Positions 29,310 through 39,915 of a stretch of DNA of 64,000 bases are shown here, piece by piece. This DNA comes from Spirochaetota bacterium. Lineage in GTDB: Bacteria > Spirochaetota > UBA4802 > JAFGDQ01. A model generated the notes under the pieces. That model searched no databases and was not told the origin of the DNA. It was given only the letters and a program-made list of their open reading frames with translations. The stretch is from contig JAZDKB010000016.1 of assembly GCA_043803405.1 (NCBI GenBank), forward strand, positions 1-64,000, in the 5' to 3' direction. Each line of letters opens with the position of its first letter. Positions within the stretch are counted from its first letter, which is position 1. Made by a program: the position numbers and the translations under genes.

Positions 29310-30569
29310 ATGGGAATGACAATTACAGAAAAAATTTTAGCAAAACACGCCGGAAAAGAAACGGTTGTTCCCGGCGAACTGATCGAGGCTAAAGTCGACC
29401 TCGTTCTGGGAAACGATATAACAGCACCCATTGCCATTAAAGAATTAAAAGACCTTGGTTTAAAAAAAGTTTTTGATAATGAAAAGGTCGTGCTTGTTGC
29501 CGATCATTTTACACCTAACAAGGATATCCTCTCGGCAGAGCAGGTAAAAATACTCAGAACTTTTGCCCGTGAATTCGGAATAGTTCATTTTTACGATACC
29601 GGAAGAGTCGGCGTTGAGCATGCGCTCCTACCAGAACTAGGACTGACAAGGCCGGGTATGCTTATAATCGGCGCAGACTCGCATACATGCACATACGGAG
29701 CCTTAGGCGCTTTTTCAACCGGTGTAGGCTCAACAGATATGGCTGCTGCTATGGCAACAGGCAGAACATGGCTTAAAGTGCCAGAATCGATGAAATTTAT
29801 TATTAATGGCAAACTAAATAAATATGTTACAGGCAAAGATCTTATTCTGCATACAATAGGCGACATCGGAGTTGACGGAGCACTTTACAAGGCTATGGAG
29901 TTCACCGGCAACACCATAAGCAGCCTGACTATTGAGGGCAGGCTTACAATGGCTAATATGGCTATTGAAGCAGGCGGGAAAAACGGTATTTTCGAAGCTG
30001 ATGATAAAACAATTGAATATATAAAGAGCAGAACAAAATTGCCTTTTGAAATATATACCAGTGATGATGATGCTTCGTACGTTGATATTATAGAATATGA
30101 CGCATCAAAAATTGAACCTTTAATAGCCTGCCCGCATCTGCCGGAAAACACAAAGCAGGCAAGAGAAAGCGGAATTAAAATTGACCAGGTTGTTATAGGC
30201 TCGTGCACAAACGGACGAATTGAGGATCTTAGACTTGCCGCTCAAATTCTCAAAGGAAAAAAAGCTCATAAGGATGTAAGGCTTATTATTATTCCGGCTA
30301 CACAGGAAGTTTATGCAGCTGCTATGAAAGAAGGGCTTTTCGACATATTTCTGCAGGCCGAGGCTGCTATCTCAGCTCCGACATGCGGGCCATGCCTTGG
30401 AGGTCATATGGGAATACTTGCAAAAGGCGAAAAATGCGTGGCTACGACAAACAGGAATTTCGTAGGAAGAATGGGCCACCCCGGAAGTGAAGTATATCTT
30501 GCAAATCCTGCAATCGCAGCTGCATCGGCAATCGCTGGGAAAATCGTTCATCCTGATGAAATAAAATAA
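29310..30569 (+). CDS. leuC: 3-isopropylmalate dehydratase large subunit (LeuC2/HacA type)
   Basis: [24 protein letters not shown] and NRNFVGRMG motifs. Confidence 0.93.
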   Translation: MGMTITEKILAKHAGKETVVPGELIEAKVDLVLGNDITAPIAIKELKDLGLKKVFDNEKVVLVADHFTPNKDILSAEQVKILRTFAREFGIVHFYDTGRVGVEHALLPELGLTRPGMLIIGADSHTCTYGALGAFSTGVGSTDMAAAMATGRTWLKVPESMKFIINGKLNKYVTGKDLILHTIGDIGVDGALYKAMEFTGNTISSLTIEGRLTMANMAIEAGGKNGIFEADDKTIEYIKSRTKLPFEIYTSDDDASYVDIIEYDASKIEPLIACPHLPENTKQARESGIKIDQVVIGSCTNGRIEDLRLAAQILKGKKAHKDVRLIIIPATQEVYAAAMKEGLFDIFLQAEAAISAPTCGPCLGGHMGILAKGEKCVATTNRNFVGRMGHPGSEVYLANPAIAAASAIAGKIVHPDEIK

Positions 30570-30581
30570 CCGGAGAATATT

Positions 30582-31076
30582 ATGAAAGTTACAGGAAAAG
30601 TATGGAAATTCGGCAATAATATAAATACAGATGAAATAATTCCGGCAAGATATCTGAATGTATCCGACCCGGATGAACTCGCAAAACACTGTATGGAAGA
30701 TGCAGATCCTAAATTCATGCAGAAAAAATCCGACGGCGACATAGTAGTAGCAGGGGAAAACTTCGGCTGCGGTTCTTCAAGGGAACATGCACCTATTGCG
30801 ATTAAAGCAGCAAAAATATCGTGCGTGCTGGCAATTTCATTTGCAAGGATATTCTTCAGAAACTGCCTTAACATGGGACTTCCTATACTCGAGGCGTCTG
30901 ATGCAGCCAGGGAGATCAATGAAGGCGACACAATAGAAATTGACTTTGATAGCGGGGAAATTAAAAATAAAACTACAGGCAAAGTCTACCATGCAAAACC
31001 ATTCCCGCCATTCATGCAGGACCTGATTGCAAAAGGCGGCCTCATGAATAAAATTAAAAGCGAATTGTCTAAATAA
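30582..31076 (+). CDS. leuD: 3-isopropylmalate dehydratase small subunit
   Basis: NTDEIIPARYL, NFGCGSSREHA and SFARIFFRN motifs. Confidence 0.93.
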   Translation: MKVTGKVWKFGNNINTDEIIPARYLNVSDPDELAKHCMEDADPKFMQKKSDGDIVVAGENFGCGSSREHAPIAIKAAKISCVLAISFARIFFRNCLNMGLPILEASDAAREINEGDTIEIDFDSGEIKNKTTGKVYHAKPFPPFMQDLIAKGGLMNKIKSELSK

Positions 31077-31159
31077 CAATAAATACTAAAAGGTTATTCC
31101 TTCAGATAAAGACGTTCTAAGTAGAGTTCAAAATATCTATATTATATTTAAATAAGCTG

Positions 31160-33310
31160 TTATTGAGGTTTAATATTGTTGCTGTCAGTAATATCATCGC
31201 CTTTATCATGGAACGACATTATGTACCAGTCGCCTCTCTTTTTTAAGGCAGGAATTTTGAGTAATTTTGATATTAACTGAGCCTGAGGCAGATTGGGGAT
31301 ATCCTGTATAAAGAAATCCGTAAATTCAAGATCTATTTTCATGTCGCCCGGTATCCTGGTGGTTCCCGCAGCCGGCTTGCCGAAGGCTCCATCCATCCTG
31401 AGCCTTATATCCGGTGAATTAAACAGCATGGAATTAATATAAAAATTATTCCCGGCTGCATTGATATTTCCGTAAATCTTATTGAATTCAATATTGCTCA
31501 GCTTGTATTTTAGTTCGGAAAGCCAAATCCCTAATCCTTTCTGTATCCCCGTATTTACAAGCTTTCCCTTGTCTATATTAAATTCAATTTTACCTTTTAA
31601 AAGATCGAATTGTCCAGTTTCCTTATTTACTCCAAATTTAATTTCCGTATTGCCTTTTGCAATTCCGAAAAAACGACCGGATAATTCACTATTTAAATTT
31701 GCAAGATTCTGGACTTTTATTTCCTGGAAACCGGCATTTAATTCCATATATGGTTCATTCCTGGAAAAATCGACATACCCGTTCCCTTTAATATTGCCTC
31801 CCATAAAACCTATCGATGCCTGATTTAAATTTATTCGGTTATTTATTACAGAATAATTCAGTGATGCGTTTGAAAAATTATATTTATTAATATTTAAATT
31901 ATCAATATCAATCCGTCCGGAAACTTCCGATTTAATGTTAAATTGTGAGGAACTCTTTTTGCTGCCGGCCTCTTTTTCAGTAACATAGGTAAATTCCCTG
32001 GCATTAAAATTAAGAATAATTTTCTGAAAATTATTGCCCGAAGTGCTTATGGATAATAGTCCGGGCTGGTCATAAACTGAAACCGGTATCTTTTCTTTGT
32101 AAATAATATTGTTTTTAATTGAAATATCTGAGGTTACCGTTAAAATATTTTTTCCATTACTTCTGTAAGAAACATTTTTTAAATTCAGATTTCCTGAAAA
32201 ATTTTTATATTCGCATGAGATGTTTCCAGTAACCCAGCCGTATAAATTGTTTAAAATATTACTGTTTAAAAATGTTAATAATCCTTTTGCGTCAATTAGA
32301 CTCGAATCAATATCGGTAATATTAAATCTGATCAGACTATCTTTTATTTTACTGCTAAAAGAAAAAAAGATTTGATTAATAAAAAATTTGGATTTTTCGA
32401 CTTCTCCTCTTATCTTTATCAAATCAACGGTTTCTTTATTAAGATCAACCCTGCATTTTCCATCGGCATTCACAATTTTGGAATTTGTTAAGTACGAATC
32501 TCCTTTTGCAAATCCCTCGACAAAATCTTTTGTTATTTTTAAACCGGTAACATTGCCGGTAAAATTAGTAAATGGCAAAGACAAATCTTTTACCCACTTG
32601 TATACCCAAAGCAGGGAACACTTCTTAAGCCTGCAGTCGCCTGTAACTTCAAAATCATTTTCAAATACAGAAACGCCTATTTTATCAGAATAAATTGTGC
32701 CGCGTTCTTCAGGTAAAATAATAATACAGTCCGTTACTGCGAATGAATCGCTAACATGGATGTTAACCGTTCCGTTAAAAACATATCTGCCTTCCAATGG
32801 CTTTAAAATATCAGGCGGATTTTTTAATGTTATTTCCGCATTTTTAAATTTAATTATGGATATTTTTGTTTTAATTCCTGATTCGCTGCTGTTTTTAAGA
32901 TCAAGCAGCAATTTCCCAAGATTGGATTTTCCATCATCGTATATAATATGTATTTTAAAATTATTTAATACTATACCGCTGATGATGAATTCTTTTTTAA
33001 GAAGAGGCAGCAGAGAAAATTTAATATCTGCTTCCTTTACAGAAGCAAGTATGTCCTTATCCGGTATTTTATCGTCTGTATATAAATTATTATAAATGCG
33101 GATATTCTTTAAAGTAATACCCTGGAGACCGTAATCGATTTCCTGAATAATTATTTTTCTTTTTAATGTTTCTTCAGCGCTGGAGATTATAATGGACAGT
33201 ATTTTATCTTTAGGGAAATAATGATAAACAAGAAATGCGCTTAATGAGATTGCTAATATTGCGGTGCCGGAAATAATAAGAGCAAATTTAAAAAACCTTG
33301 CTTTCTTCAC
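31160..33310 (-). CDS. AsmA-family (bridge-like lipid transfer) protein
   Basis: N-terminal TM, LKRKI.I..I, ADIKFSLLPLLKKEFIISGIVL, SNL; beta-rich body with an AsmA-like C-terminal region. Confidence 0.8.
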   Translation of the reverse strand: MKKARFFKFALIISGTAILAISLSAFLVYHYFPKDKILSIIISSAEETLKRKIIIQEIDYGLQGITLKNIRIYNNLYTDDKIPDKDILASVKEADIKFSLLPLLKKEFIISGIVLNNFKIHIIYDDGKSNLGKLLLDLKNSSESGIKTKISIIKFKNAEITLKNPPDILKPLEGRYVFNGTVNIHVSDSFAVTDCIIILPEERGTIYSDKIGVSVFENDFEVTGDCRLKKCSLLWVYKWVKDLSLPFTNFTGNVTGLKITKDFVEGFAKGDSYLTNSKIVNADGKCRVDLNKETVDLIKIRGEVEKSKFFINQIFFSFSSKIKDSLIRFNITDIDSSLIDAKGLLTFLNSNILNNLYGWVTGNISCEYKNFSGNLNLKNVSYRSNGKNILTVTSDISIKNNIIYKEKIPVSVYDQPGLLSISTSGNNFQKIILNFNAREFTYVTEKEAGSKKSSSQFNIKSEVSGRIDIDNLNINKYNFSNASLNYSVINNRINLNQASIGFMGGNIKGNGYVDFSRNEPYMELNAGFQEIKVQNLANLNSELSGRFFGIAKGNTEIKFGVNKETGQFDLLKGKIEFNIDKGKLVNTGIQKGLGIWLSELKYKLSNIEFNKIYGNINAAGNNFYINSMLFNSPDIRLRMDGAFGKPAAGTTRIPGDMKIDLEFTDFFIQDIPNLPQAQLISKLLKIPALKKRGDWYIMSFHDKGDDITDSNNIKPQ

Positions 33311-34508
33311 GTTTTTTATCCATCATTGCTTTTTTCTTGAAGTACTGCACGCTCTTTTCCAGCTCTTCCAGGTTTTTACAAACAAGTTTTCCGGATTCCA
33401 GAGTAAAAAATTTATCTTCCAGAAGCTGATTTATGTATGGGCCGCCTTTCTCGTGCGGGACGCCGACCAGCTGCAAAAGCTCGTTAGTACCGAATTCAAA
33501 GTTATGCGGCTGATGCTGATGTATAGGAATTTTTTGCTTCTCCAGCTGCAGAAGCAGAGTATCGTATATTCTGGCCATCGGATCTTTTATAGTAAGATTC
33601 TCAAGCTGACGGTATGCTGTCCATATTCTTTCACTCAATATGCTGATGATCTTGATAGCTAGTTGAGGTTTCATGTGAACCATTTCTTCAAAGTTAGCCT
33701 TTGTTATAGCCATCAGGTTAACATCGCCGAAAGAAATTGCTGACGCGTTCCTGGGTTTGTTGTCGAGCAGCGACATTTCCCCGAAAATATCCCCCTGTTT
33801 AAGCACTGCAAGAAGCATTTCCTCATCACCGCTTATTTTCGTTATCTTAACTTTTCCGCTTTGTATAATATAGACTTCTCCACCTGGTTCATTTTCGCAA
33901 AATATCATTGTATTATCCGGATATACCTTTCTCAGATCCAGGGATTCCTGGACAGGAGCCTTAAGCGGAGCTTTCATGGTTTTAAGGCTGGAAATTGCGT
34001 TTTCCACATTATGTCCTTTCGGACAGTGCTCAAGATATTTCTGATATGCGTAGATTGCATGCCGTAAAGCTTTCTTTTTATAGTAATATTCACCAATCGC
34101 GAATATATGTTCAGGATTTTCTTCTGCTGCTTCCTGCAGTGTAAGCCGTGTTACCGCCTGATTAAAGCTGCGGAGTTTCCTGCTGAAAAACCTGATGATC
34201 TTCATGGCGATTACCGGGTTTTTCTGGATCAGCATGCCGAACTGTTCCCTTTCAACCGATATCAGGGAAACATTCGATACTGCAACCGCTGTCTCAATCC
34301 TGGCGCGGTTGCTCATACATGAGATTACTCCGAAAAAATCTCCCGGTCCAAGAAGACTGGCAGTGTCGTCTGCAATCGTAGGATTTTCTTTTATAACCTT
34401 AACATTGCCGCTTCGTATAATATAAAAATTGTCGGCGTTTTTTTTACCCTCTACAATAATGAAGGATTTTGTAAGATAATTTACAACCTTAAATTGAGTT
34501 GTAGTCAT
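33288..34508 (-). CDS. Crp/Fnr-family protein with two cNMP-binding domains and a central TPR
   Basis: FYIIRSGNV...GDFFG, TPR (IGEYYY...AIYAYQKYLE..P.G), YIIQSGKV...GDIFGEMSLLDNKPRNASA, C-terminal HTH-like region. Confidence 0.9.
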   Translation of the reverse strand: MTTTQFKVVNYLTKSFIIVEGKKNADNFYIIRSGNVKVIKENPTIADDTASLLGPGDFFGVISCMSNRARIETAVAVSNVSLISVEREQFGMLIQKNPVIAMKIIRFFSRKLRSFNQAVTRLTLQEAAEENPEHIFAIGEYYYKKKALRHAIYAYQKYLEHCPKGHNVENAISSLKTMKAPLKAPVQESLDLRKVYPDNTMIFCENEPGGEVYIIQSGKVKITKISGDEEMLLAVLKQGDIFGEMSLLDNKPRNASAISFGDVNLMAITKANFEEMVHMKPQLAIKIISILSERIWTAYRQLENLTIKDPMARIYDTLLLQLEKQKIPIHQHQPHNFEFGTNELLQLVGVPHEKGGPYINQLLEDKFFTLESGKLVCKNLEELEKSVQYFKKKAMMDKKREESKVF

Positions 34509-34678
34509 TTTCTCCTCAATAGGAAAACGGAACAGTTACAATAATGTTATACTTATCTGCGTAAAATATCAAATAACTTCATAATTGGATAATGTTAATT
34601 ATAGTAACAATTATCATAATTAAAATCGGCATAAAATCAAGCATTTTCAAGAAATAATATCTTATTTCCTTTAATAAA

Positions 34679-35278
34679 TTAAAATATCTCCATTATTGCT
34701 TCTGCCATCAGTTTATAACCGTCTTCATTAGGATGGACAAGATCCTCCTGGACAAATGTCCTGAAATGAGTCTTATCCTTAATATGACCTTCCCAGTATT
34801 TATCCACCCTTGCGATCGGTATATTATTTTTCACTGCAATATTTTCCAGGACATTATAAAAAATTTTGGCCACTTCGCTTTCTATATTATATCCCATATA
34901 TATTGAAGTTATAATAATTATATCCACATCAAGTTTTTCGTTCAGGCGGCTGATAATTCCCTGTATATTTTTACTGTATTCTGAGGGAGAATAACCTGTA
35001 AAAGCGTCATTTAAAGCGAACTGGACAAAAACAGCGTCAGGTTTATGTTTTATAACATCCCTTTCCAAACGACCAAGACCCCCGGAAGCAGTATCTCCGG
35101 GGATTCCTTTATTTATTATATTAAGACTGCAATCCGGATACTTTTCCAGAAGCATTTCCTTTAAATAATCCAGGAAACCCTTATCTACAAGCCATCCGTA
35201 TGTAAGCGAATCCCCAAGAGCAGCTATGGTTACAGGATTTCCCTGTTCCATCTTTTTTATTGTTTTTTCAGATCTCAT
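34679..35278 (-). CDS. SGNH/GDSL hydrolase
   Basis: LGDSLT, NKGIPGDT, FALND and DLVHPN blocks. Confidence 0.93.
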   Translation of the reverse strand: MRSEKTIKKMEQGNPVTIAALGDSLTYGWLVDKGFLDYLKEMLLEKYPDCSLNIINKGIPGDTASGGLGRLERDVIKHKPDAVFVQFALNDAFTGYSPSEYSKNIQGIISRLNEKLDVDIIIITSIYMGYNIESEVAKIFYNVLENIAVKNNIPIARVDKYWEGHIKDKTHFRTFVQEDLVHPNEDGYKLMAEAIMEIF

Positions 35279-35582
35279 TTAAAAAATTATTTCCTTAAAT
35301 TAATAAAAATAGTTGCAAACAAAATAGGAATTATCGCAATATCTTTGCAATAATTATTTATATTGACTTTTTAAAATAAGTTCATTATTCTTGCTGCTAA
35401 TATTACAAGATTATTACATTTAGCCAGGCCTAAATGCAATAATCTTTTATCCGCTTTTATTTTATGCGGCTTTTTTCGCAAAACGGTTCAAATCATGGAT
35501 AACAGCAGTGAAATACGTGTATATTTTTAACCATTATTTTAAATTTTAGAGGAAAACAGCACTTAAATTTGCTGATAATAAT

Positions 35583-35822
35583 ATGAAAAATAAATCGGAT
35601 AATAAAGAATCATTATGGCCTGATCTGGATGTTAAAGTCCGTTATAAAAAAGATAACAGTTTTATGTATCTTTACCAGCAATTCTCGAAATATAAAGATT
35701 CAAAATTATATAAAGCTATTTACAACCATCCCTTTGTTTCAATAACTATTTTAATTCTTTGGGGTGTCTTTATATTAATATTATTCATGACTATATTATT
35801 TACACTATATAAAAAGTCCTGA
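35583..35822 (+). CDS. Small hypothetical protein with one C-terminal TM helix
   Basis: 79-aa ORF filling the intergenic gap, hydrophobic C-terminus; no recognised family. Confidence 0.5.
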   Translation: MKNKSDNKESLWPDLDVKVRYKKDNSFMYLYQQFSKYKDSKLYKAIYNHPFVSITILILWGVFILILFMTILFTLYKKS

Positions 35823-35834
35823 ATATATTCCGCA

Positions 35835-38054
35835 TTAATCAAAGACCTCATATACAGTATCATCAATAACAAATCTGATTTTTTTTCCAAGGGAATAAAA
35901 TTCTGCAACCTCAGGCCTGTTCTTTAACAGGTCAAAGTATTCTTTTCCTGCGAAACGAAGCTGTACTGATTTGTCCCTCTTTTTTGTCTGAATTTTAGAG
36001 TCTATCCAGTACCCGCCCGCGTTGTAAACTGCCCGGCCTTGGATGTTCTTCACCTGCCCTGCCTGGCCCTGTGCTTCGCCCGGCTTTCCCGCAAAACCGA
36101 TACGGGAAATGCTTTGCTGTGCGTCGCTCACTCTGACAGCATTGTTCAGAGCCTGGAATTCCTGGCTCGGCAGAACGGAAGCTGCCCCGGATTTTTGCGT
36201 CATTGCCCGGTATTCCATTTCGCTTCTCTTTGCCATGTCCTTCACTTTCGGGGCAATGTTCCCGATAGTCTGATCGTCTTCCTTAAGCTCTCCGCCGGAG
36301 ATGCGCTTTCTCTCGTCTTCAAGTATAAGATAGCTTGTGTACGGAGTAACGATCCCGTATTTACGTGCGATTTCCGTTACCTCTCCAACAAGCTCTTTAT
36401 CTTCGCCGTTAAGCCTTATCTGATCAAGCAGATACCCAACGTAACGCGCGGCCCACAAATAAGGGATAAAGTCATTCTTTACGTTTTCTTTTCCCGTAAA
36501 ATTGACTTTATACTCATATCTTTGAACCTTATCTTTTACCCTGCCTTCAAGTATAACTTTCACATCCCCGCTGCCGTTATATGCCCCCAGCAGCGTAAGG
36601 GACGACCCTTTGAAAATATCCGGCAGATCCCTGGGATATGTTTTATATGTCTTAATGTTTCCCGCAAACGTAAGTTTGATATCCGTAAGCACAGGCGACT
36701 GCACTTTTGAATAAAAATTAGATATCTTTACTTCGATGTCTTCTTTTGGAGAGATGTAATATCGGTATGCTTTTGTTTCTTTTGTGATCTTGTCCAGAAG
36801 ATGCGTATTGATATCATAACCTATTCCGAAAGTAAAAATTCTTACACCGGACTTATTAATTTTTTTTATTTTGTTTACTAATTTGTCCTCGTCGGTTTCT
36901 CCAATTGTCGGTTTGCCATCAGTAATAAAAATTATTATATGAGGCCTGCCGCCATCCTTTGCAGATAAAGCAAGATTGAGCGCTTCCTCAATATGCGTCC
37001 CGCCTATAGCTCTCATGTTATCAATGAATTTTTTTGCTTTATCTATGTTGACTGTGTCTGTTTTTGCAGGATTACCGAACAATGCCTCTGCTTCAGTTGA
37101 GAACCTGATGATCTGGAAGCGGTCGCCCTTGTTGAGATTATTCACGCAAAAAAGCAGCGCCTTCTTTGCCTGATCGAGCTTTTCGCCTGCCATGCTACCG
37201 GAAACATCTAGCACAAAAGTAATATCTTTCTCGCTAATGACGTTCTCTGCTGCGCCAAGGCCGGGGCTTGCGCTAAGAAAAAAATACCCGTCCTTATTTT
37301 TTTCCCTGTAAGTCAGCACGGAAAGCCCTACCCCGGATTTGTTCGTATCATAATACAGATTAAAATCAGTATCCGGTTTAACATCTTTCTGTTCAAAACT
37401 CACAATTGCATGATTTTCGCTTTTACGGATAATCTCCGTTTCATGGCTTGTGCAATATATATTTTTTAAGCTTTCGCCGGATTTAATATCAGCATAAATT
37501 GAGACATCTTTAAGAGGCTTTGCTGAAAATTTTTCAGTATTTAACGGATAAATATATTCAATTGTGCCGTTATCTTTTTCCAGGATTTGTGTGTAGGATA
37601 TTTTTACCCGCTTTGCAGAACGCGGCTCAATCGGGAATATTCGCACCTTAAAGATGCCCCTGCCCTGATATTCCAGCAGCGCCGGGTCGAGCGACTTCCG
37701 CACTATATCTTCGTATATCTGACGTGCTTTATGAGCATCCAGAATCTCGGCTACTGTTTCTGCACCGTTGATGAACATCGTGAACTTTTTTATTACAGCG
37801 TCTTCTGGTATTGGGAAAATGTAATAGCCTTCGAGTGTCGCCGCGGTTGGATTATAAAATTCCTGGTCTATGTTTGTTACTGAGCTCTGATCCTGTATAT
37901 CGATTTTCACGCGGTGATACCTGACCTCAAGCGGGAACGGAGTCCTGATAATATTGCGCGGCGGTTCCGGTACAACGATGAATCCGTCGGCAAAGAGTTT
38001 TCCGGAAAAATATAATATTAATGCCATAACAAGTATATATTTTAACATTTTCAT
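35835..38054 (-). CDS. Secreted VIT + vWA domain protein
   Basis: Signal peptide; VIT domain (QEFYNP...EGYYIFPIP...AR.IYEDIVR..DPALLE); vWA MIDAS DVSGS, GGT, ITDG; IVTPYTSYL; RBS AAGGAG. Confidence 0.92.
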   Translation of the reverse strand: MKMLKYILVMALILYFSGKLFADGFIVVPEPPRNIIRTPFPLEVRYHRVKIDIQDQSSVTNIDQEFYNPTAATLEGYYIFPIPEDAVIKKFTMFINGAETVAEILDAHKARQIYEDIVRKSLDPALLEYQGRGIFKVRIFPIEPRSAKRVKISYTQILEKDNGTIEYIYPLNTEKFSAKPLKDVSIYADIKSGESLKNIYCTSHETEIIRKSENHAIVSFEQKDVKPDTDFNLYYDTNKSGVGLSVLTYREKNKDGYFFLSASPGLGAAENVISEKDITFVLDVSGSMAGEKLDQAKKALLFCVNNLNKGDRFQIIRFSTEAEALFGNPAKTDTVNIDKAKKFIDNMRAIGGTHIEEALNLALSAKDGGRPHIIIFITDGKPTIGETDEDKLVNKIKKINKSGVRIFTFGIGYDINTHLLDKITKETKAYRYYISPKEDIEVKISNFYSKVQSPVLTDIKLTFAGNIKTYKTYPRDLPDIFKGSSLTLLGAYNGSGDVKVILEGRVKDKVQRYEYKVNFTGKENVKNDFIPYLWAARYVGYLLDQIRLNGEDKELVGEVTEIARKYGIVTPYTSYLILEDERKRISGGELKEDDQTIGNIAPKVKDMAKRSEMEYRAMTQKSGAASVLPSQEFQALNNAVRVSDAQQSISRIGFAGKPGEAQGQAGQVKNIQGRAVYNAGGYWIDSKIQTKKRDKSVQLRFAGKEYFDLLKNRPEVAEFYSLGKKIRFVIDDTVYEVFD

Positions 38055-38142
38055 AATCTTACTCCTTCTTGATAAACTCTCTTGTGTCCATTATGAGAGA
38101 TCTCTCTTTTCTACATAATTTGCAGCACATTATGGCATTCTT

Positions 38143-38201
38143 AGCGGCACATGCCGCGCTCTTTACGATGTCAATAAGGGCGACCGGCCGATCGCCCTTA
38201 T
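38143..38201. repeat. REP-like palindromes (possible terminator or attenuator) between the two vWA genes
   Basis: ataagggcga-ccggccga-tcgcccttat (38175-38201) plus the smaller gcggc-acat-gccgc hairpin. Confidence 0.55.
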
Positions 38202-38214
38202 GCAACGCACTCTT

Positions 38215-39360
38215 TTATTTAAATTTGAACTCCTTTTTCTCAGCCTGATCGCGCACTGTTTTTATGATTGCAGCGTCCAGCGTATTATCTTTGGATTGCT
38301 TCTTCATTTCGCTTTCGACATATTTGCGCCTGTCTTCATTAAGGGCATTTATTTTCTTTTGAACTTCAGCTCTTTTCTTTACTAATTTATCAACATATTC
38401 CTTTCTTTCCTTTCCTGTTAATCCTTTCATTTCAGCAGGCAGCTCATCATCCTTAAGCTTCTCAATATCTACATTGCCTCTTTCTGTTGCATCAACAACG
38501 TCCCATGACGCGTTATTGTACTGTCCCGAAGCCTTGGCAACCGATCTCTGCACTACTGCTTCTGCGCTTACTGACGCAGCGTTCATGTCCTGCTTAGCCT
38601 GCTTTTCTTTCTTCTCGCGGCCTGCAGTTCCGTACGCAATGTAAGTCTTGTTAAGCTCAGCGCCAAGCTTTGCTATCTCTTTATCCTGCGGAGCTTCTAT
38701 ATAAGCGATTTCCTGATTCTGGTCAATATTGACATATTTGCCATCCGCAAGATCAGCTCCATCTTTCCATTTTGTATCAACGCCTTCTTTGTAATTTCCG
38801 CAGAAAATCGTATTCACTATTATGCCTTTTGAAATAGCGTTTTTGCATGACTTAACATAATCGACCTTGCCCTGCGTAAACGGCTCATTGCCTGCAATAA
38901 ATATTACTTTATAAGTATCCTTATTCTGGCTCCAGCCGAGGTTCTTTACGGCAGATTCGATCACCTGCCCGCAGTATTCGTCTCCGCCGTTCGTGCTAAG
39001 GCTGAAAAGCTTTTCGGATACTGTGTCAAGATCGCCTGTAAGCGGAAGCACTTTGCGTATATAGCCGTCCTGTGATGAAAGGCCGCTGTTCCCGTACTCA
39101 TAAAGTGCAACCTCTATGCTGGGGCTTTTTCCGTTTCTCTTTGCGATTGCGAGCTCGTTCACTATCTTCCACAGCTGCGACTTTGCCTGATTAATAAGTC
39201 CGTCCATGCTGTTGCTGGTATCGAGCAGTATTGCCATCTGTATCAGTTCTTTTTTTTCTTTCTGCGCAAATGCGCTGCCTGTAAACGTCGAAAATAGAAT
39301 TGTGCTTATAAATCCTGCACATAACAAAACCGAACTAAATCTTTTTAAATATGGTCTCAT
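38215..39360 (-). CDS. Secreted vWA domain protein with C-terminal helical extension
   Basis: Start placed at ATG 39360 (AAGGAGG RBS); signal peptide; ILLDTSNSMDGLINQAK (MIDAS), TNGGDEYCG, IAGNE. Confidence 0.9.
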   Translation of the reverse strand: MRPYLKRFSSVLLCAGFISTILFSTFTGSAFAQKEKKELIQMAILLDTSNSMDGLINQAKSQLWKIVNELAIAKRNGKSPSIEVALYEYGNSGLSSQDGYIRKVLPLTGDLDTVSEKLFSLSTNGGDEYCGQVIESAVKNLGWSQNKDTYKVIFIAGNEPFTQGKVDYVKSCKNAISKGIIVNTIFCGNYKEGVDTKWKDGADLADGKYVNIDQNQEIAYIEAPQDKEIAKLGAELNKTYIAYGTAGREKKEKQAKQDMNAASVSAEAVVQRSVAKASGQYNNASWDVVDATERGNVDIEKLKDDELPAEMKGLTGKERKEYVDKLVKKRAEVQKKINALNEDRRKYVESEMKKQSKDNTLDAAIIKTVRDQAEKKEFKFK

Positions 39361-39411
39361 ATATGAGCCTCCTTTATTATTTTTCAAAATCCTTTTTTTC
39401 TTTATGCAATA

Positions 39412-39439
39412 TTAGACAAAAACAGCCGGGAAAAGTTCC
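39412..39439 (-). promoter_or_regulatory. ECF (sigmaE-type) promoter of the vWA genes
   Basis: Minus strand reads GGAACT-tttcccggctgttttt(16)-GTCTAA; same -35/-10 and spacing as the site at 41609-41636. Confidence 0.8.
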
Positions 39440-39529
39440 GGAATTTAAGAATATTTTATTTTAATATTTTATAAAAAGCCAGTTAAAAATGATCCTGTTT
39501 AGAGGGCAAACTTGGGGTTTAATAAAAAA

Positions 39530-39561
39530 TTAAGGCAGTAAAAATTTTTTTACTGCCTTAA
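39530..39561 (-). terminator. Inverted repeat, likely terminator after the dodecin gene
   Basis: ttaaggcagtaaaaa / tttttactgccttaa 15-bp inverted repeat with A-rich flanks. Confidence 0.6.
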
Positions 39562-39613
39562 AAGAAGCTCGATTGAATAATTAAAAAAAAATAAATTCCT
39601 GAGAAATAATTAT

Positions 39614-39826
39614 TTATTCCTCCAGATTGTACTTAAAAGAAACCTTTACCTTAACCCTGTACTCGATTACCCTGCCGTTTTCAAGTCTCATATCCATCTC
39701 TACGACTTCAGCGACACGTAAATCCTTAAGGTTCTTCGCTGCCGACTCAACTGCATTTCTTGCGGCATCTTCCCACGATTTTAAACTTGATCCGATAATC
39801 TCAATTACTTTATATATGCTTTCCAT
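39614..39826 (-). CDS. Dodecin-family flavin-binding protein
   Basis: MESIYKVIEIIGSS..SWEDAARNAVE.A...L.DLRVAEV...D......YRVKVKVSFKY; start moved to ATG 39826. Confidence 0.92.
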   Translation of the reverse strand: MESIYKVIEIIGSSLKSWEDAARNAVESAAKNLKDLRVAEVVEMDMRLENGRVIEYRVKVKVSFKYNLEE

Positions 39827-39915
39827 AAAAACCCCTGAGTTATAGATTGTTAATAGGTTATTACAAAACACATAACTCCGGAGTCAATTAAGATTTATTT
39901 ATAAAATATTTATTT

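Noticed and set aside
36039..36710. 223-aa plus-strand ORF inside the VIT-vWA gene
   Set aside because: Antisense shadow with no motifs.
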